From NCBI GenBank assembly GCA_014874475.1, contig JADBJJ010000023.1, positions 391,836 through 455,835 on the forward strand: a stretch of DNA of 64,000 nt, read 5' to 3'. Below the pieces are notes generated by a model. That model searched no databases, was not told where the DNA came from, and worked only from the letters and a program-made list of their open reading frames with translations. Shown here in pieces: positions 21,797 through 32,517 of this stretch (position 1 is its first letter; each line of letters opens with the position of its first letter). The stretch comes from Chloroflexota bacterium (lineage in GTDB: Bacteria; Chloroflexota; Anaerolineae; B4-G1; DUEL01). The position numbers and the translations under genes were made by a program.

Positions 21797-24700
21797 ACTC
21801 ATCAGAGTGGCGGTCGCTCAGGCCCAGGAGGCCCATCGCCAGGCGCGGGATGCGCGGCCGGCTCTCCTCCCGCCCGAACCGCAGGACTTCTCCGCTCTCC
21901 GTGACAGCCTCTACGGCCAGCCCGAGGCTCTGCAACTCCTTGACCAGCACCTTGAAGGAGGCCGGCACGCCGGACTCGGTAATGGGTTTCCCTTTCACGA
22001 TGGCCTCGTAGGTGCGCACCCGGCCCTGGACATCGTCGGACTTAATGGTGAGCATCTCCTGAAGGGTGTAGGCGGCACCGTAGGCCTCCAGAGCCCAGAC
22101 TTCCATTTCGCCGAACCGCTGACCACCGAATTGGGCCTTGCCGCCCAGCGGCTGCTGGGTGACCAGGCTGTAGGGACCGGTAGAGCGGGCGTGGACCTTG
22201 TCCTCCACCATATGGGCCAGTTTCATCATATAAATCATACCCACCGTCACCGGCTGGTCAAAGGGCTCGCCGGTCATCCCGTCGTAGAGGATGGCCTTGC
22301 CCAGGGTGGGCAGAGGGTCTCCTATCTCCATACTGACGCGGGGCGCCAGCAGTTCCACTTTCTCATCGGACAGGTTGCCGGTGTCGTGCCCGTGGTCGGC
22401 CAGCCAGAGGCGCAGGCAGGCCATTTGCGCCGCCCGGTCGGCCTTCTCCCGCTCCGCCACCGGACGCGGGTCATCCTCAAAAGACAGAAGGAAATCCAGG
22501 TCGTAGCCCTGTTCCCTCAACCACTCCCGCAGGACAGAGCGGCGGGCATAGGTGGTATCCCACATCAGGCGCTCCTCGTCGTAGCCCAGGTCGGTAAGCC
22601 AGGCCAGGATGTAGAGCAAGCGAGCCTCATCGTCGCTGGCCAGAGTCTCCAGAGGGTACTCCTGAGCCGCAAGCCACGCCCATGCCCGTTCGGTTACTTC
22701 TTTCCAGGCCCGGTCTATCATCCAGGCGCGGGCCAGTTCGGCAGCAATCTGCTCCTCCGTGGCGCCATCAAAGACAGGGCTGACAGCCCGAAAGCCCAAC
22801 CGATGGACGGCCCAGCCCAGGTGGGTCTCCAGAATCTGCCCGATGTTCATCCGGCCGGGGACGCCCAGGGGGTTGAGGATGATTTCCACTGGCGTCCCGT
22901 CGGCCAGGAAAGGCATATCTTCCACGGGGACAACTCGGGAGACGACGCCCTTATTTCCGTGGCGGCCGGCGACTTTATCACCCTCGGTAATCTTCCGCCG
23001 CTGGGCCACGCTGACGCGCACCATTTTCTCCACGCCGGTGGGCAGGTCGCGGTACTCGCTGCGGTCAAACACTTTGACGCTAACCACTTTGCCGCGCTCG
23101 CCATGGGGCATACGCAGGCTGGAGTCCTTGACTTCGCGCGCCTTCTCGCCGAAAATGGCCCGCAGCAGTTTCTCCTCCGGCGTCAGTTCCTTCTCGCCCT
23201 TGGGGGTAATCTTTCCCACCAGAATGTCCGAAGGGCCAACTTCAGCGCCAATGCGGATGATGCCCCTTTCGTCCAGGTCCCGCAGGGCGTCCTCGCCGAC
23301 ATTGGGGATATCTCGGGTAATCTCTTCAGGGCCCAGTTTGGTGTCCCGCGCCTCCGTCTCGTACTTCTCAATGTGGATGGAGGTGAATTTGTCGTCCCGG
23401 ATCAGGCTCTCACTGATGATGATGGCGTCCTCAAAGTTCCAGCCCTCCCAAGAGATGAAGGCGCAGAGAAGGTTCTGGCCCAGAGCCAGTTCGCCACCAT
23501 AAGTGGCGGAACTATCCGCCAGGACATCTCCTTTGCGCACCCGGTCCCCCTTGTGGACCCGAGGGCGCTGGTCTATGCAGGTGGACTGGTTGGAGCGGTT
23601 GTACTTGCGCAGGTTGTAGATCCGGCGTTTGCCGCTATCCTCCAGAACGACGATGCGGTCTCCGACGACGCTAATAACCTCGCCGTCGGCTTCGGCCAGA
23701 ACCACCTGCCCGGAGTCCACAGCGGCCTGCCACTCCACACCGGTGCCGACCAGGGGCGGCTCCGGCAAAAGGAGCGGGACGGCCTGGCGCTGCATATTGG
23801 AGCCCATCAGGGCCCGGTTGGCATCATCGTGTTCCAGGAAGGGGATGAGGGCAGCCGAGACGCCGACAATTTGCAGCGGGGCCACATCCACCAGATCCAC
23901 CCGGTCCGGGATGGTCAGCAAGAACTCATCCCCGCACCGGGCAGAGACGCGCGGGTTCAGGAAGCGCCCTTTGCTGTCCAGCCGGGTCGTCGCCTGAGCG
24001 ATGGTATAGGGCTCTTCCTTATCAGCGGAGAGGTAGACGATTTCTTTCGTTACCCGGGGGTGGATGGCAATTTCGTCCGTCCGGTTCAGGGCGGCGATGC
24101 GCTGGGCCAATTCGGGCGTCACCTCCGCACCGGCCTCGGCGATCACCCCGCCGGTCTCCGGATCCACAATCCGCTCCCGGAGAATCTCCCCCACCAGGGC
24201 GTCGGCCCTCGGTGGGACGGAGCGAATGACCTGGCGGTAAGGCGTCTCCACAAATCCGAATTTGTTGACATAGGCGAAGGTCGCTAGACGGCCTATCAGA
24301 CCGATGTTGGGGCCTTCCGGTGTCTCAATGGGGCAGATGCGACCGTAGTGGGAGTGATGGACATCCCGGACCTCAAAGCCGGCGCGCTCCCGCCGCAGGC
24401 CGCCCGGACCCAGAGCAGAAAGGGTCCGCTTGTGAGTCAGTTCCGCCAAAGGGTTGGTCTGGTCCATAAACTGGGATAACTGGCTGGAACCGAAGAACTC
24501 CCGGATAACCGCTGTCACCGGGCGGATATTGATCAGGGTGACAGGGGTGAGCGGCTCCGACTCTGGATGGAGAGACATGCGCTCTTTGACCACCCGTTCC
24601 AGGCGCAAGAGGCCCACCCGTAATTTGCTCTGGATGAGTTCACCGACGGTTTTCACCCGCCGATTGCCCAGATGGTCAATGTCGTCGGCGTACTCCATAC

Positions 24701-25718
24701 CGTTGTTGATGCGAATCAGGTGCTGGACGATGGAGACGATGTCCGCTTTGGTGACGGTCCGGCGTTCCTCCGAGACCTTCAATCCCAGGCGCTGGTTGAG
24801 TTTGTAGCGGCCCACCCGCTGGAGGTCATAGCGGCGGTCATCAAAGATCTGGGCGATGAGAAACTCCCGGGCGTTTTCCAGAGTGGCCAGGTCGCCCGGA
24901 CGGACGCGCCGGTAGAATTCCAGCAGGGCCTCTTCGGCGATCTTCCGGCTGTCCCGCGAAGCCCAGTTTGGCTCCTGGCGGAAGGTGGTGAGAATCCACT
25001 GGATTTCGGGGGAGGTGTCTACGTCCTCAAAGAGTTTCAGCAGTTCCTCGTCGGTGCCTTCGGTGAGGACGGAGGAACCGGTCCCATCATCCACGGCTGC
25101 CAGGGCGCGCAGGAAGATGGTCAGGGGGAGAGTGCGCTTCCGGTTGAATTTGAGAGTCAGATAGCCGGTCTTGCGGCTCTCAAATTCCAGCCAGGCCCCG
25201 CGATCCGGGATTAATTTGGCCAAACAGAGCCGTCGGCCGGTGGTGCGGTCTTCTTCCACTTCAAAGTAGACACCCGGGGAACGGATCAACTGGCTGACGA
25301 CAACTCGTTCGGTACCGTTGATGATGAAGGTACCGTTCTCGGTCATCAGCGGAAAATCGCCCAGGAAAATCTCGCTCTTGCTAATTACGCCCGTCTGCCG
25401 GTTTTCCAGCGCCATATCCACATAGAGGGGCGCAGCATAGGTGAGGTCCCGCTCCAGGCACTCCTCCTGGGAATGCGGAGGATCCCCAAAGCGGTACCGG
25501 AGATTGAGATGCTGGTTTTCGGGCTTGCGGCTGGGCAGGTGGAGCCGCAGGTTGCCAGTGTAACTCTCTATCGGTGAAATCTCGGTGAATAGATCCAGCA
25601 GGCCCTCCTTCTGGAACGTCTCGTAGGACTTTAGTTGGACCTCTATGAGGGCCGGCAGGCTCAGTGGACTAACCACCCGGGCATATGATTTCTTTTGGTT
25701 CATATTCCAGACACTCAT
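21789..25718 (-). CDS. rpoB: RNA polymerase subunit beta
   Basis: [59 protein letters not shown]. Confidence 0.99.
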   Translation of the reverse strand: MSVWNMNQKKSYARVVSPLSLPALIEVQLKSYETFQKEGLLDLFTEISPIESYTGNLRLHLPSRKPENQHLNLRYRFGDPPHSQEECLERDLTYAAPLYVDMALENRQTGVISKSEIFLGDFPLMTENGTFIINGTERVVVSQLIRSPGVYFEVEEDRTTGRRLCLAKLIPDRGAWLEFESRKTGYLTLKFNRKRTLPLTIFLRALAAVDDGTGSSVLTEGTDEELLKLFEDVDTSPEIQWILTTFRQEPNWASRDSRKIAEEALLEFYRRVRPGDLATLENAREFLIAQIFDDRRYDLQRVGRYKLNQRLGLKVSEERRTVTKADIVSIVQHLIRINNGMEYADDIDHLGNRRVKTVGELIQSKLRVGLLRLERVVKERMSLHPESEPLTPVTLINIRPVTAVIREFFGSSQLSQFMDQTNPLAELTHKRTLSALGPGGLRRERAGFEVRDVHHSHYGRICPIETPEGPNIGLIGRLATFAYVNKFGFVETPYRQVIRSVPPRADALVGEILRERIVDPETGGVIAEAGAEVTPELAQRIAALNRTDEIAIHPRVTKEIVYLSADKEEPYTIAQATTRLDSKGRFLNPRVSARCGDEFLLTIPDRVDLVDVAPLQIVGVSAALIPFLEHDDANRALMGSNMQRQAVPLLLPEPPLVGTGVEWQAAVDSGQVVLAEADGEVISVVGDRIVVLEDSGKRRIYNLRKYNRSNQSTCIDQRPRVHKGDRVRKGDVLADSSATYGGELALGQNLLCAFISWEGWNFEDAIIISESLIRDDKFTSIHIEKYETEARDTKLGPEEITRDIPNVGEDALRDLDERGIIRIGAEVGPSDILVGKITPKGEKELTPEEKLLRAIFGEKAREVKDSSLRMPHGERGKVVSVKVFDRSEYRDLPTGVEKMVRVSVAQRRKITEGDKVAGRHGNKGVVSRVVPVEDMPFLADGTPVEIILNPLGVPGRMNIGQILETHLGWAVHRLGFRAVSPVFDGATEEQIAAELARAWMIDRAWKEVTERAWAWLAAQEYPLETLASDDEARLLYILAWLTDLGYDEERLMWDTTYARRSVLREWLREQGYDLDFLLSFEDDPRPVAEREKADRAAQMACLRLWLADHGHDTGNLSDEKVELLAPRVSMEIGDPLPTLGKAILYDGMTGEPFDQPVTVGMIYMMKLAHMVEDKVHARSTGPYSLVTQQPLGGKAQFGGQRFGEMEVWALEAYGAAYTLQEMLTIKSDDVQGRVRTYEAIVKGKPITESGVPASFKVLVKELQSLGLAVEAVTESGEVLRFGREESRPRIPRLAMGLLGLSDRHSDEFD

Positions 25719-25753
25719 TCCACTCCCCCTGCAGAAATAACCCGTGAACTCAT

Positions 25754-25782
25754 ATTATAGCACCAAAAGGCAAATTTGTCAA
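25754..25782 (-). promoter_or_regulatory. consensus sigma70 promoter for rpoB
   Basis: TTGACA-N17-TATAAT with an extended -10 TG. Confidence 0.85.
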
Positions 25783-25929
25783 AGATAAAGAGCGCTCTCC
25801 TTACCCTGAGAAAAACCTGCACTGGCCAAAGGGGTAAGGAGAGATGGGGGGCAACAGGGCCGACGCAAGAACGGAAGACGCCAACCACTGCGAACGATCT
25901 TGGAGAGGAAAAAGATGGACACTAGAGGG

Positions 25930-27318
25930 TTATCGTCGGGATAGGGGTGCGGTGTAAGCCTTCCCTCGCCCTGTTGGCTCCAGGTACAACCGTTCCCGAA
26001 TCGCCTGGACCTCCCGCCGGAGAGCACTATCTTCCTCCAGCAATGCGACGATCCGTTCACAGGCATGCAGAACAGTAGTATGGTCCCGCCCGCCCAGCCA
26101 CTGCCCAATCTGGGGCAAGGACGCGCCCGTCTCCTGGCGCAGTAGGTAACAGGCCACCTGACGGGGGCGAACAATGCTCTGGCGCCGGCTGGAGCCTCTC
26201 AGTTCCTCTATCTCCACATTATAAAAATCCGCCACGGCCCGGAGAACGGATTCCGGAGTGACTGAAGGCCGGGCGCGCGTGACCATGTCCTCCAGCGCCT
26301 GCGCAGCCAGTTCGAGCGTCAGGGGTTGATGGGTTAGAGTAGCAATCGCCACCACGCGGTTCAGTGCCCCCTCCAGTTCCCGAATGTTGCTCTGGAACCG
26401 TTCAGCGATCAGAAAGCAAATCTCATCGGGGACGGGGATGCCCAGTTCGGCCACCTTCCGGCGCAGAATGGCGATGCGCGTCTCCAGATCGGGGGGCTGG
26501 ATATCCACGATGAGCCCCCACTCAAAGCGGGAGCGCAATCGCTCTTCCAGCGTGGCCATCGCCCTGAGAGGGCGGTCAGAAGAGATGACAATCTGCGCCC
26601 CGTTACCATGGAGCGCGTTGAAAGTATGGAAAAACTCTTCCTGTGTGGACTCTTTTCCGGCGATGAACTGGACATCATCCACCAGCAGGACGTCCACCGT
26701 ACGGTAGACTTCCCGAAATGCGTCAGTGGTCTGATGGCGGATGGCCTCAATCAGGTCATTGGTGAAGGTCTCGGCGGAGACATAGAGGGTCTGCATACCG
26801 CTGGCCCGGCAGATGTGGCCAATCGCATGCAGGAGATGAGTCTTCCCCAGGCCCACCCCCCCGTGAATGAAGAGCGGGTTGAAGGCGCGCGCCGGTTGCT
26901 CCGCCACGGCCATGCAGGCCGCGTGAGCCAGCCGGTTGCCCGGCCCAACGATGAAAGATTCAAAAGTGTAGCGGGGATTCAGGGCATTGTTGGGGCGTTC
27001 CCTCTCCAGGGACCCAGCAGTCTTTCCGGCCAGCAAGGGGAGCATGGGAGCCGCTTCCGGCTCCTCCCGTTGCTCTTCCCAGACGACAAACCGTACAGAG
27101 GCGGTCCGCCCGGTGAGGCGGGTGAGCACGCGCGTCACAACAGCCCGGAGCCGGCTCTCCAGCCAGTCACGCGCGTACGAATTGGCGACCCCGATGACAA
27201 AGACGCCATCTTCGCAGGCGACCAGGCGAGAGTTCCGCAGCCAGGTCTCAAAGGTGGCGCGCGTCAGTTCCAGCTGAAGTTCACCTAAGGCTGCTTGCCA
27301 GATACGGTTGACGTCCAT
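25930..27318 (-). CDS. dnaA: chromosomal replication initiator DnaA
   Basis: LNPRYTFESF, NPLFIHGGVGLGKTHLL, DDVQF, QEEFFHTFN, RLRSRFEWGL, GGRDHTTVLHA. Confidence 0.98.
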   Translation of the reverse strand: MDVNRIWQAALGELQLELTRATFETWLRNSRLVACEDGVFVIGVANSYARDWLESRLRAVVTRVLTRLTGRTASVRFVVWEEQREEPEAAPMLPLLAGKTAGSLERERPNNALNPRYTFESFIVGPGNRLAHAACMAVAEQPARAFNPLFIHGGVGLGKTHLLHAIGHICRASGMQTLYVSAETFTNDLIEAIRHQTTDAFREVYRTVDVLLVDDVQFIAGKESTQEEFFHTFNALHGNGAQIVISSDRPLRAMATLEERLRSRFEWGLIVDIQPPDLETRIAILRRKVAELGIPVPDEICFLIAERFQSNIRELEGALNRVVAIATLTHQPLTLELAAQALEDMVTRARPSVTPESVLRAVADFYNVEIEELRGSSRRQSIVRPRQVACYLLRQETGASLPQIGQWLGGRDHTTVLHACERIVALLEEDSALRREVQAIRERLYLEPTGRGKAYTAPLSRR

Positions 27319-27522
27319 ACACACCTGTTCAGGGCAGACTCACAGGAAGAAACCATCCAATCAGGCGTATGTTGATTGAGCCCACGCGCGAAAAGGGTCA
27401 GGGGACTCCATGAATATCCGGACAATCCAGGGATAAGCCGCTATCGCAGAGGTTGAAGGGACGATCCCCTGGGGACGAAGATAGATGGGACAGTGCAATG
27501 CCCAGGTTCAGAACTCGCCTTG

Positions 27523-27550
27523 ATTGTACGAAAAAGCGGCCAACAGGCAA
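27523..27550 (-). promoter_or_regulatory. putative dnaA promoter
   Basis: TTGCCT-N16-TACAAT about 200 bp upstream of dnaA. Confidence 0.5.
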
Positions 27551-27841
27551 CCCGTTCCCCCTATCTCTACCTTAAAACCTTCTCAAATTTAAGGCTCCGG
27601 AGCCGGTGATGGCCTCCGTCCCCAAGAACCGTTTTGTCCCACCAGGAATAGGGGGTCTTCAGAATATGAGGTGTATATATGGGGATAACAAATGGAAGGC
27701 AAGGCGGAACGAAATATTTCAGCAAGATCAGCCGCTCGCGCGCGGTGTGCAAAAACGACCGGCAGCAGGCTCCTGCAGGCTGCCGGTCGTTGATCCGAAA
27801 AGGCACGGCGATTTTACTGCTACCAAAGGGTGGCCGAACCT

Positions 27842-28651
27842 TCACCCGACAATAATTTCCCCGCCGTCTACCGGGATCACCGCGCCGCTGATCCAGGTGA
27901 CGGCCGGGTCTGCCAGAGCGACCAGGACGGCCGCCACATCCTCGGGGGTGGTCAGCCGCCGACCGGGATTGCGCCGGAGGGCCTCCTGTACCCACTCCTC
28001 GTGGCCGGGGATGGCCCGCAAGGCGGGGGTATCGGCGACACCGGGACGCAGACAGTTCACCGCAATCCCCCGCGGGCCCAGTTCCAGGGCCAATTGCCGC
28101 ACATGGCTCTCCAGCGCCGCTTTGGCTGCGGAGACCGCTCCGTAGGGCACCACTACTCGCTCCGCCCCCGCGCTGGAGAGCGCATACACCCGACTTCCCC
28201 TTTGCAGCAGATTATGCCGGACCAGTGCCTGCACCCAGTAGACCAGACTGTGAGCCATCACCCGCAGGGTCATATCCATCTGTTCCTCACTGATCTCGTC
28301 TTGGGGGTCGTCGGCAATAAAGGGACGAAGAGAGCCGAAGGCCAAGGAGTGGAGGACAAAATGAATGCTCCCGTTGGTATCCTGAGAGAGCACTTCCTGG
28401 ATTCGGGCCAGAACCTGCTCTCGCTTTCGGGCGTCGGCCGCATTGGTGTTGAAGAAGATAGCCCGGCGGCCCATCGCTTCAATATCGGCGACGACCTGCC
28501 GGGCCCGATCCAGCGTCGCCCGGGTATCCAGATGAACACCGAAAATATTCATCCCGGCTCTGGCCAGAGCGCGAGCCGTCGCTGCGCCGAATCCGCTGGA
28601 AGCCCCCAGGATGAGCGCCCAGCGTCCTGTCAGTTCATTCCTGTCCATCAT
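27842..28651 (-). CDS. SDR oxidoreductase, FabL-like enoyl-ACP reductase
   Basis: ILGASSGFG Rossmann motif, YGAVSAAKAALE (YX6K), NCLRPGVADTPALRAIPG. Confidence 0.8.
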   Translation of the reverse strand: MMDRNELTGRWALILGASSGFGAATARALARAGMNIFGVHLDTRATLDRARQVVADIEAMGRRAIFFNTNAADARKREQVLARIQEVLSQDTNGSIHFVLHSLAFGSLRPFIADDPQDEISEEQMDMTLRVMAHSLVYWVQALVRHNLLQRGSRVYALSSAGAERVVVPYGAVSAAKAALESHVRQLALELGPRGIAVNCLRPGVADTPALRAIPGHEEWVQEALRRNPGRRLTTPEDVAAVLVALADPAVTWISGAVIPVDGGEIIVG

Positions 28652-28687
28652 AGCCTCCGGTTGGAAAAGATAGGGGGTACATCATAA

Positions 28688-28716
28688 ATAATAACACCGA
28701 TGCCGCCCTGAGGCAA
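28688..28716 (-). promoter_or_regulatory. putative promoter for the SDR gene
   Basis: TTGCCT-N17-TATTAT with an extended -10 TG. Confidence 0.45.
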
Positions 28717-28880
28717 CGACCAACCAGGCACTGAGTTGGGTCCCACAATTATCGGGTTTCCTTTATCCAGGAAACGGAACTCAGCATTCTTGCGCGGCGG
28801 TGAACATCCAGCAACTCTATGGGGAGACTATCCCTACCCGAAGATATGGGTAAAGTCCATCTTTCCAACACCGGTGGTGG

Positions 28881-28909
28881 TTGTCTACTTCTCGGAAATG
28901 GGATATAAT
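28881..28909 (+). promoter_or_regulatory. putative promoter for the small membrane protein and histidine kinase
   Basis: TTGTCT-N17-TATAAT. Confidence 0.5.
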
Positions 28910-28999
28910 TGGAATCACGACGCTGTTCTGGCAGATATACGACACCCTACGTACAATGGGAGAGGGCTTTTTCTTCCCTTTCGTTCACCGGTGAGCAAT

Positions 29000-29185
29000 A
29001 TGGGTCGCAAGAGAGCATCTGCTTCTCGTCGCCAGCGGATATTCTGGATGATCAGCATTCTGGTGGTGGTCAGTATGGCCATCGGCTTGATCGTCTCCTT
29101 CACCCCCCAGACGCCACGTGGAGTGGAGACGCCGAGTCCCACTACGCCGGGTATCCTCACCCCCACTCGCTTGCCGACACCGTAG
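29000..29185 (+). CDS. small single-pass membrane protein with a Pro/Thr-rich tail
   Basis: MGRKRASASRRQRIFWMISILVVVSMAIGLIVSF...TPSPTTP: basic N-terminus, one TM helix, PT-rich tail. Confidence 0.6.
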   Translation: MGRKRASASRRQRIFWMISILVVVSMAIGLIVSFTPQTPRGVETPSPTTPGILTPTRLPTP

Positions 29186-29271
29186 GGAGATATGCGCAAG
29201 AGGTTTTGCAACGGTGACCCCGTCACCGCAAAAACTCCTGCATCTGAGGGGGCAGGCGAATAGGAGTCCCT

Positions 29272-31680
29272 ATGGGAATTCTGGGCCCAATATATAATCT
29301 GCTCAGCACCGGACCCGGCACCTTCGTTTACCACCTGCTGATCCTGCTGGCCCTGGAGGGGGCTGCCGGGATCGCGCTGGTAGAGTACCGGCACACCCGG
29401 AATCCGGACCAGCGGCGATTCCTGACCGCGTTCACAGTCATCCTGATCCTGCGGATTCCCCTCCTGATCCTGGGGCCTCAGGGCTATCATCTCCTATCCC
29501 CCCTTCTCTATGCGCTGGAAGTCGCCAGCCTGACGGGGATGAGTTGGGCGTTTCTCTCCCCTCTGATCGGACGGCGGGGCGGGCGGTGGTTCCTGATGAT
29601 TCAGTCGGCGGCGATTCTGGTTGCCACTTTTCTATTTTTCCCCATCTGGTATCCCCTGGTCCGCGCTGTACCCTTCTTTGAATACACCGCGTTCTGGCAA
29701 CAGACCGTCTGGGACGTGTGGGCAACCCTGCTGGCCATCTTCAGTGGGCTGTACCTGGTCCTGCAACAGCGACGAGGGGAATATCTGCTGCCGGGCATCG
29801 CCTTTCTCATCATTGCCCTGGGCAATGGGTTGGTCACTCTGGACCAGACAGGGTTGGGCCGGCTGGTCAATCTCTTCGGCTACCCCCTGATCTCTGTGGT
29901 CGTGTATCGGGCGGCCCTGCAGGACCTCTGGGCCTACCGGCAAGAACTGCAAACTCTGAGTGAGCGCTCTCTCCGGCAGACGCAAGAACTGATTTCCATG
30001 CTGGGGGTTAGCCAGGCACTCAGTGCATCTCTGGAACTGGAACCGGTCCTGAAGCAGGTGGTGGAGCACATCGCCCAGGCGCTGGATGCGGACCGGGCGG
30101 CGGTCCTGCTGCAACCCTCGGAAGAACCCCCCGGCCCCTTGGGAGAGGGGACATCTGAGAACCTGCGCCTGATGGCTCTGTATGCCCCTCTGACCGGACA
30201 TCTGGCGCTGAAGGGTCCCGTCGACGTCCCATTAGACCAGTATCCTCTGCTGGCCCATTCCGTCCGCCGCCGCCGACGCCTGATCCTGCCCCTCCATCGT
30301 CCTGAACCGGACCTGCAATCCCTCTGCGATCTCCTGCAGAGTCCGAAAGGAGGGACAGCGATCGTACAACCGATAGTCCGGAGAGACTGGGTTATGGGGA
30401 TGCTGATTGTCGTCAATGACCACCGACAGCGTCCCTTTGAAAGCCGAGATATCCGCCTATGCGAATCTATCGCGGCTCAAATGGCGGCAGCGATTGAGAA
30501 TGTCTATCTCTACCGTCGCCTGGAGCGGGAGGTCCAATGTCTGGAACAGGCACTCCGGGAGCGGGAGCGGGAGGCCTCGCTGCGCGAGGCTATCCTGGAG
30601 AGTACGACTGAAGGGATTATCGTGACCGATGAGCAGGGAGTGGCCATCCGGTTGAACGCGGCGGCAGAGCGCATATTGGGAGTGCCACGAGAACGCCTGC
30701 TGGGCCGCCCTGTTCAGCCAGCGCTGGAGGCGATTGCGGGGCGATCTCTGGAGGATGTGGCCCGCCTTCAATCGCCGTTCCATATTCTCTTTGAACTGGA
30801 GGGGAAGCAAATTGCGGTCAGCGCAGCGCCCGTTCGTCTCCCCTCTGGCGAGCACCTGGGCACGGTGGCCGTACTGCGGGATGTCACCCGAGAAGTCCAG
30901 GCCGAGAAGTCCAAACGGGAATTCATCGCCCACATATCTCACGAACTCCGGACACCCCTCACCGCTATCCTGGGCTACAGCGAGGTGCTCTACGGTGGCT
31001 TAGTGGGCCCGCTATCTTCCACCCAGGCTACATTTCTCCATATCATCCATGACCACGCCCGTCGGCTGGTTGGGATTGCCAACAATCTCATCGCCATTGC
31101 CGAAAGCGAGCGGGGACACCTGGAACTGAATTACGTCCCGACCGATATGGCCTTGCTGGTCGGCGAGGTCCTGGAATCCTTTGTCCCCCAGATGCAGGCG
31201 CGACAACTGGAGTGGCGGCTGGAGGTGGCAGATGACCTGCCCCAGGTGGAGGTGGACCCGCTGCGGATTCGTCAGGTGGTGAGCAATCTGATCAGCAACG
31301 CGGTCAAATTCACCTATCCGGGCGGTCGGATAACGGCGGGGGTGGCGACGGTGCCGGAACCGGGGGGAGCCCCTCCCCACTTCTGCCGTCTCTGGATTCA
31401 GGATACCGGCATTGGCATTCCGCTGGAGGAGCAATCCCGGATTTGGGAACGGTTCTACCACACCGATGACCCGTTGCGAATGGCAGCGGGAGGTATGGGG
31501 GTGGGACTCTCCATCGTCAAGTCCCTGGTGGAAGCCCACGGAGGGCGCGTCTGGCTGGAATCCGCGCCGGGACAGGGGAGCACCTTTACTGTGCTGCTGC
31601 CGATTCGTCGGCCCTCCTCGCCGGCCCTTGCACCGGGGGCTCCCGACGAGTACCCCTCTATAGAGGCAGCCCTGGGATAA
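29272..31680 (+). CDS. membrane sensor histidine kinase (multi-TM, GAF, PAS, HisKA, HATPase)
   Basis: HISHELRTPL H-box, NLISNAVKF N-box, DTGIGIP, GMGVGLSIV; GAF (LELEPVL...IAAQMAAAIEN) and PAS (EGIIVTD...NAAAERILG). Confidence 0.95.
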   Translation: MGILGPIYNLLSTGPGTFVYHLLILLALEGAAGIALVEYRHTRNPDQRRFLTAFTVILILRIPLLILGPQGYHLLSPLLYALEVASLTGMSWAFLSPLIGRRGGRWFLMIQSAAILVATFLFFPIWYPLVRAVPFFEYTAFWQQTVWDVWATLLAIFSGLYLVLQQRRGEYLLPGIAFLIIALGNGLVTLDQTGLGRLVNLFGYPLISVVVYRAALQDLWAYRQELQTLSERSLRQTQELISMLGVSQALSASLELEPVLKQVVEHIAQALDADRAAVLLQPSEEPPGPLGEGTSENLRLMALYAPLTGHLALKGPVDVPLDQYPLLAHSVRRRRRLILPLHRPEPDLQSLCDLLQSPKGGTAIVQPIVRRDWVMGMLIVVNDHRQRPFESRDIRLCESIAAQMAAAIENVYLYRRLEREVQCLEQALREREREASLREAILESTTEGIIVTDEQGVAIRLNAAAERILGVPRERLLGRPVQPALEAIAGRSLEDVARLQSPFHILFELEGKQIAVSAAPVRLPSGEHLGTVAVLRDVTREVQAEKSKREFIAHISHELRTPLTAILGYSEVLYGGLVGPLSSTQATFLHIIHDHARRLVGIANNLIAIAESERGHLELNYVPTDMALLVGEVLESFVPQMQARQLEWRLEVADDLPQVEVDPLRIRQVVSNLISNAVKFTYPGGRITAGVATVPEPGGAPPHFCRLWIQDTGIGIPLEEQSRIWERFYHTDDPLRMAAGGMGVGLSIVKSLVEAHGGRVWLESAPGQGSTFTVLLPIRRPSSPALAPGAPDEYPSIEAALG

Positions 31681-31693
31681 CCCCCAAGCCCCC

Positions 31694-32356
31694 TCAGCGG
31701 ACCTGCCGGATGACCATCACGACCTTACCCTGAATTTGCACCTGACGGGGGTCGTCTATGTAGATGGGCTCCATCGTCGGGTTGGCGGGCTGAAGACGCA
31801 CCCGGCCCCCTTCCCGGTAGACCCGCTTCAGGGTTGCCTCCTCCCGGTCCCGCAGCCAGACAGCGGCCATTTCCCCGTTCGCTACCTCCTCGGTGGGGCG
31901 CATAATGACAATGTCGCCGTCGTGGACCATCGCATCTATCATAGAATTCCCCCGAACCCGCAGAGCATAGAGGTTCTGAGGGTCTCCCACGATACTGCGC
32001 GTCAGTTCAATCGTCTCCTCCACGCCCAGCAGGGAGAAATCGGAAGAGGGGACGGGAATGGGTTCGCCCGCCGCAATGTCACCCAGAAGGGGGATAGAGA
32101 CAGTCGCGCCGAATCCCAACCCTTGTGCGCCGGCCGCCGTGAGACGGATGCCTCGGGAAGAGCGCGGGTCCCGCTCTATCCATCCCGACTGTTCCAGCCG
32201 CTTCAGGTAGTAATCCACTACCGAGGTGGACGAAATCCCCGTCTCCCGGGCGATGTCCCGGACGGTGGGGGGATAGCCCCGTTCATGGATGAAATCCCGA
32301 ACGCACTCCAGAATGCGCCGCTTCTGCCCCTTTACCTCTTCCCGTTGTCTGTTCAT
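31694..32356 (-). CDS. lexA: SOS repressor LexA
   Basis: GYPPTVRDI HTH, IAAGEP cleavage site, VRGNSM catalytic Ser, ATLKR catalytic Lys. Confidence 0.97.
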   Translation of the reverse strand: MNRQREEVKGQKRRILECVRDFIHERGYPPTVRDIARETGISSTSVVDYYLKRLEQSGWIERDPRSSRGIRLTAAGAQGLGFGATVSIPLLGDIAAGEPIPVPSSDFSLLGVEETIELTRSIVGDPQNLYALRVRGNSMIDAMVHDGDIVIMRPTEEVANGEMAAVWLRDREEATLKRVYREGGRVRLQPANPTMEPIYIDDPRQVQIQGKVVMVIRQVR

Positions 32357-32386
32357 TGGGGCCTCCTGATGGAGAATCTTCGTTAT

Positions 32387-32414
32387 ATTATAACGAACAT
32401 CCGTTCGGTGTCAA
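32387..32414 (-). promoter_or_regulatory. lexA promoter with an SOS (Cheo-type) box in the spacer
   Basis: TTGACA-N16-TATAAT; palindrome CGAAC-ATCC-GTTCG at 32394-32407. Confidence 0.88.
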
Positions 32415-32433
32415 CTCAACAGCCAAGCAGCAT

Positions 32434-32461
32434 TTGCGCTTCTCTCTTCTTGAGGTATAAT
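32434..32461 (+). promoter_or_regulatory. putative promoter for the SPFH-cupin-dnaX unit
   Basis: TTGCGC-N16-TATAAT, divergent from lexA. Confidence 0.55.
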
Positions 32462-32517
32462 CTAAAGCGCATCTGTACCATTTCCTCACAACCATTCGCA
32501 CCAAATAGGAGGATGTC

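Noticed and set aside
27567..27995. 142-aa and 179-aa ORFs upstream of dnaA
   Set aside because: They overlap the SDR gene and regulatory DNA and have no recognisable domains.
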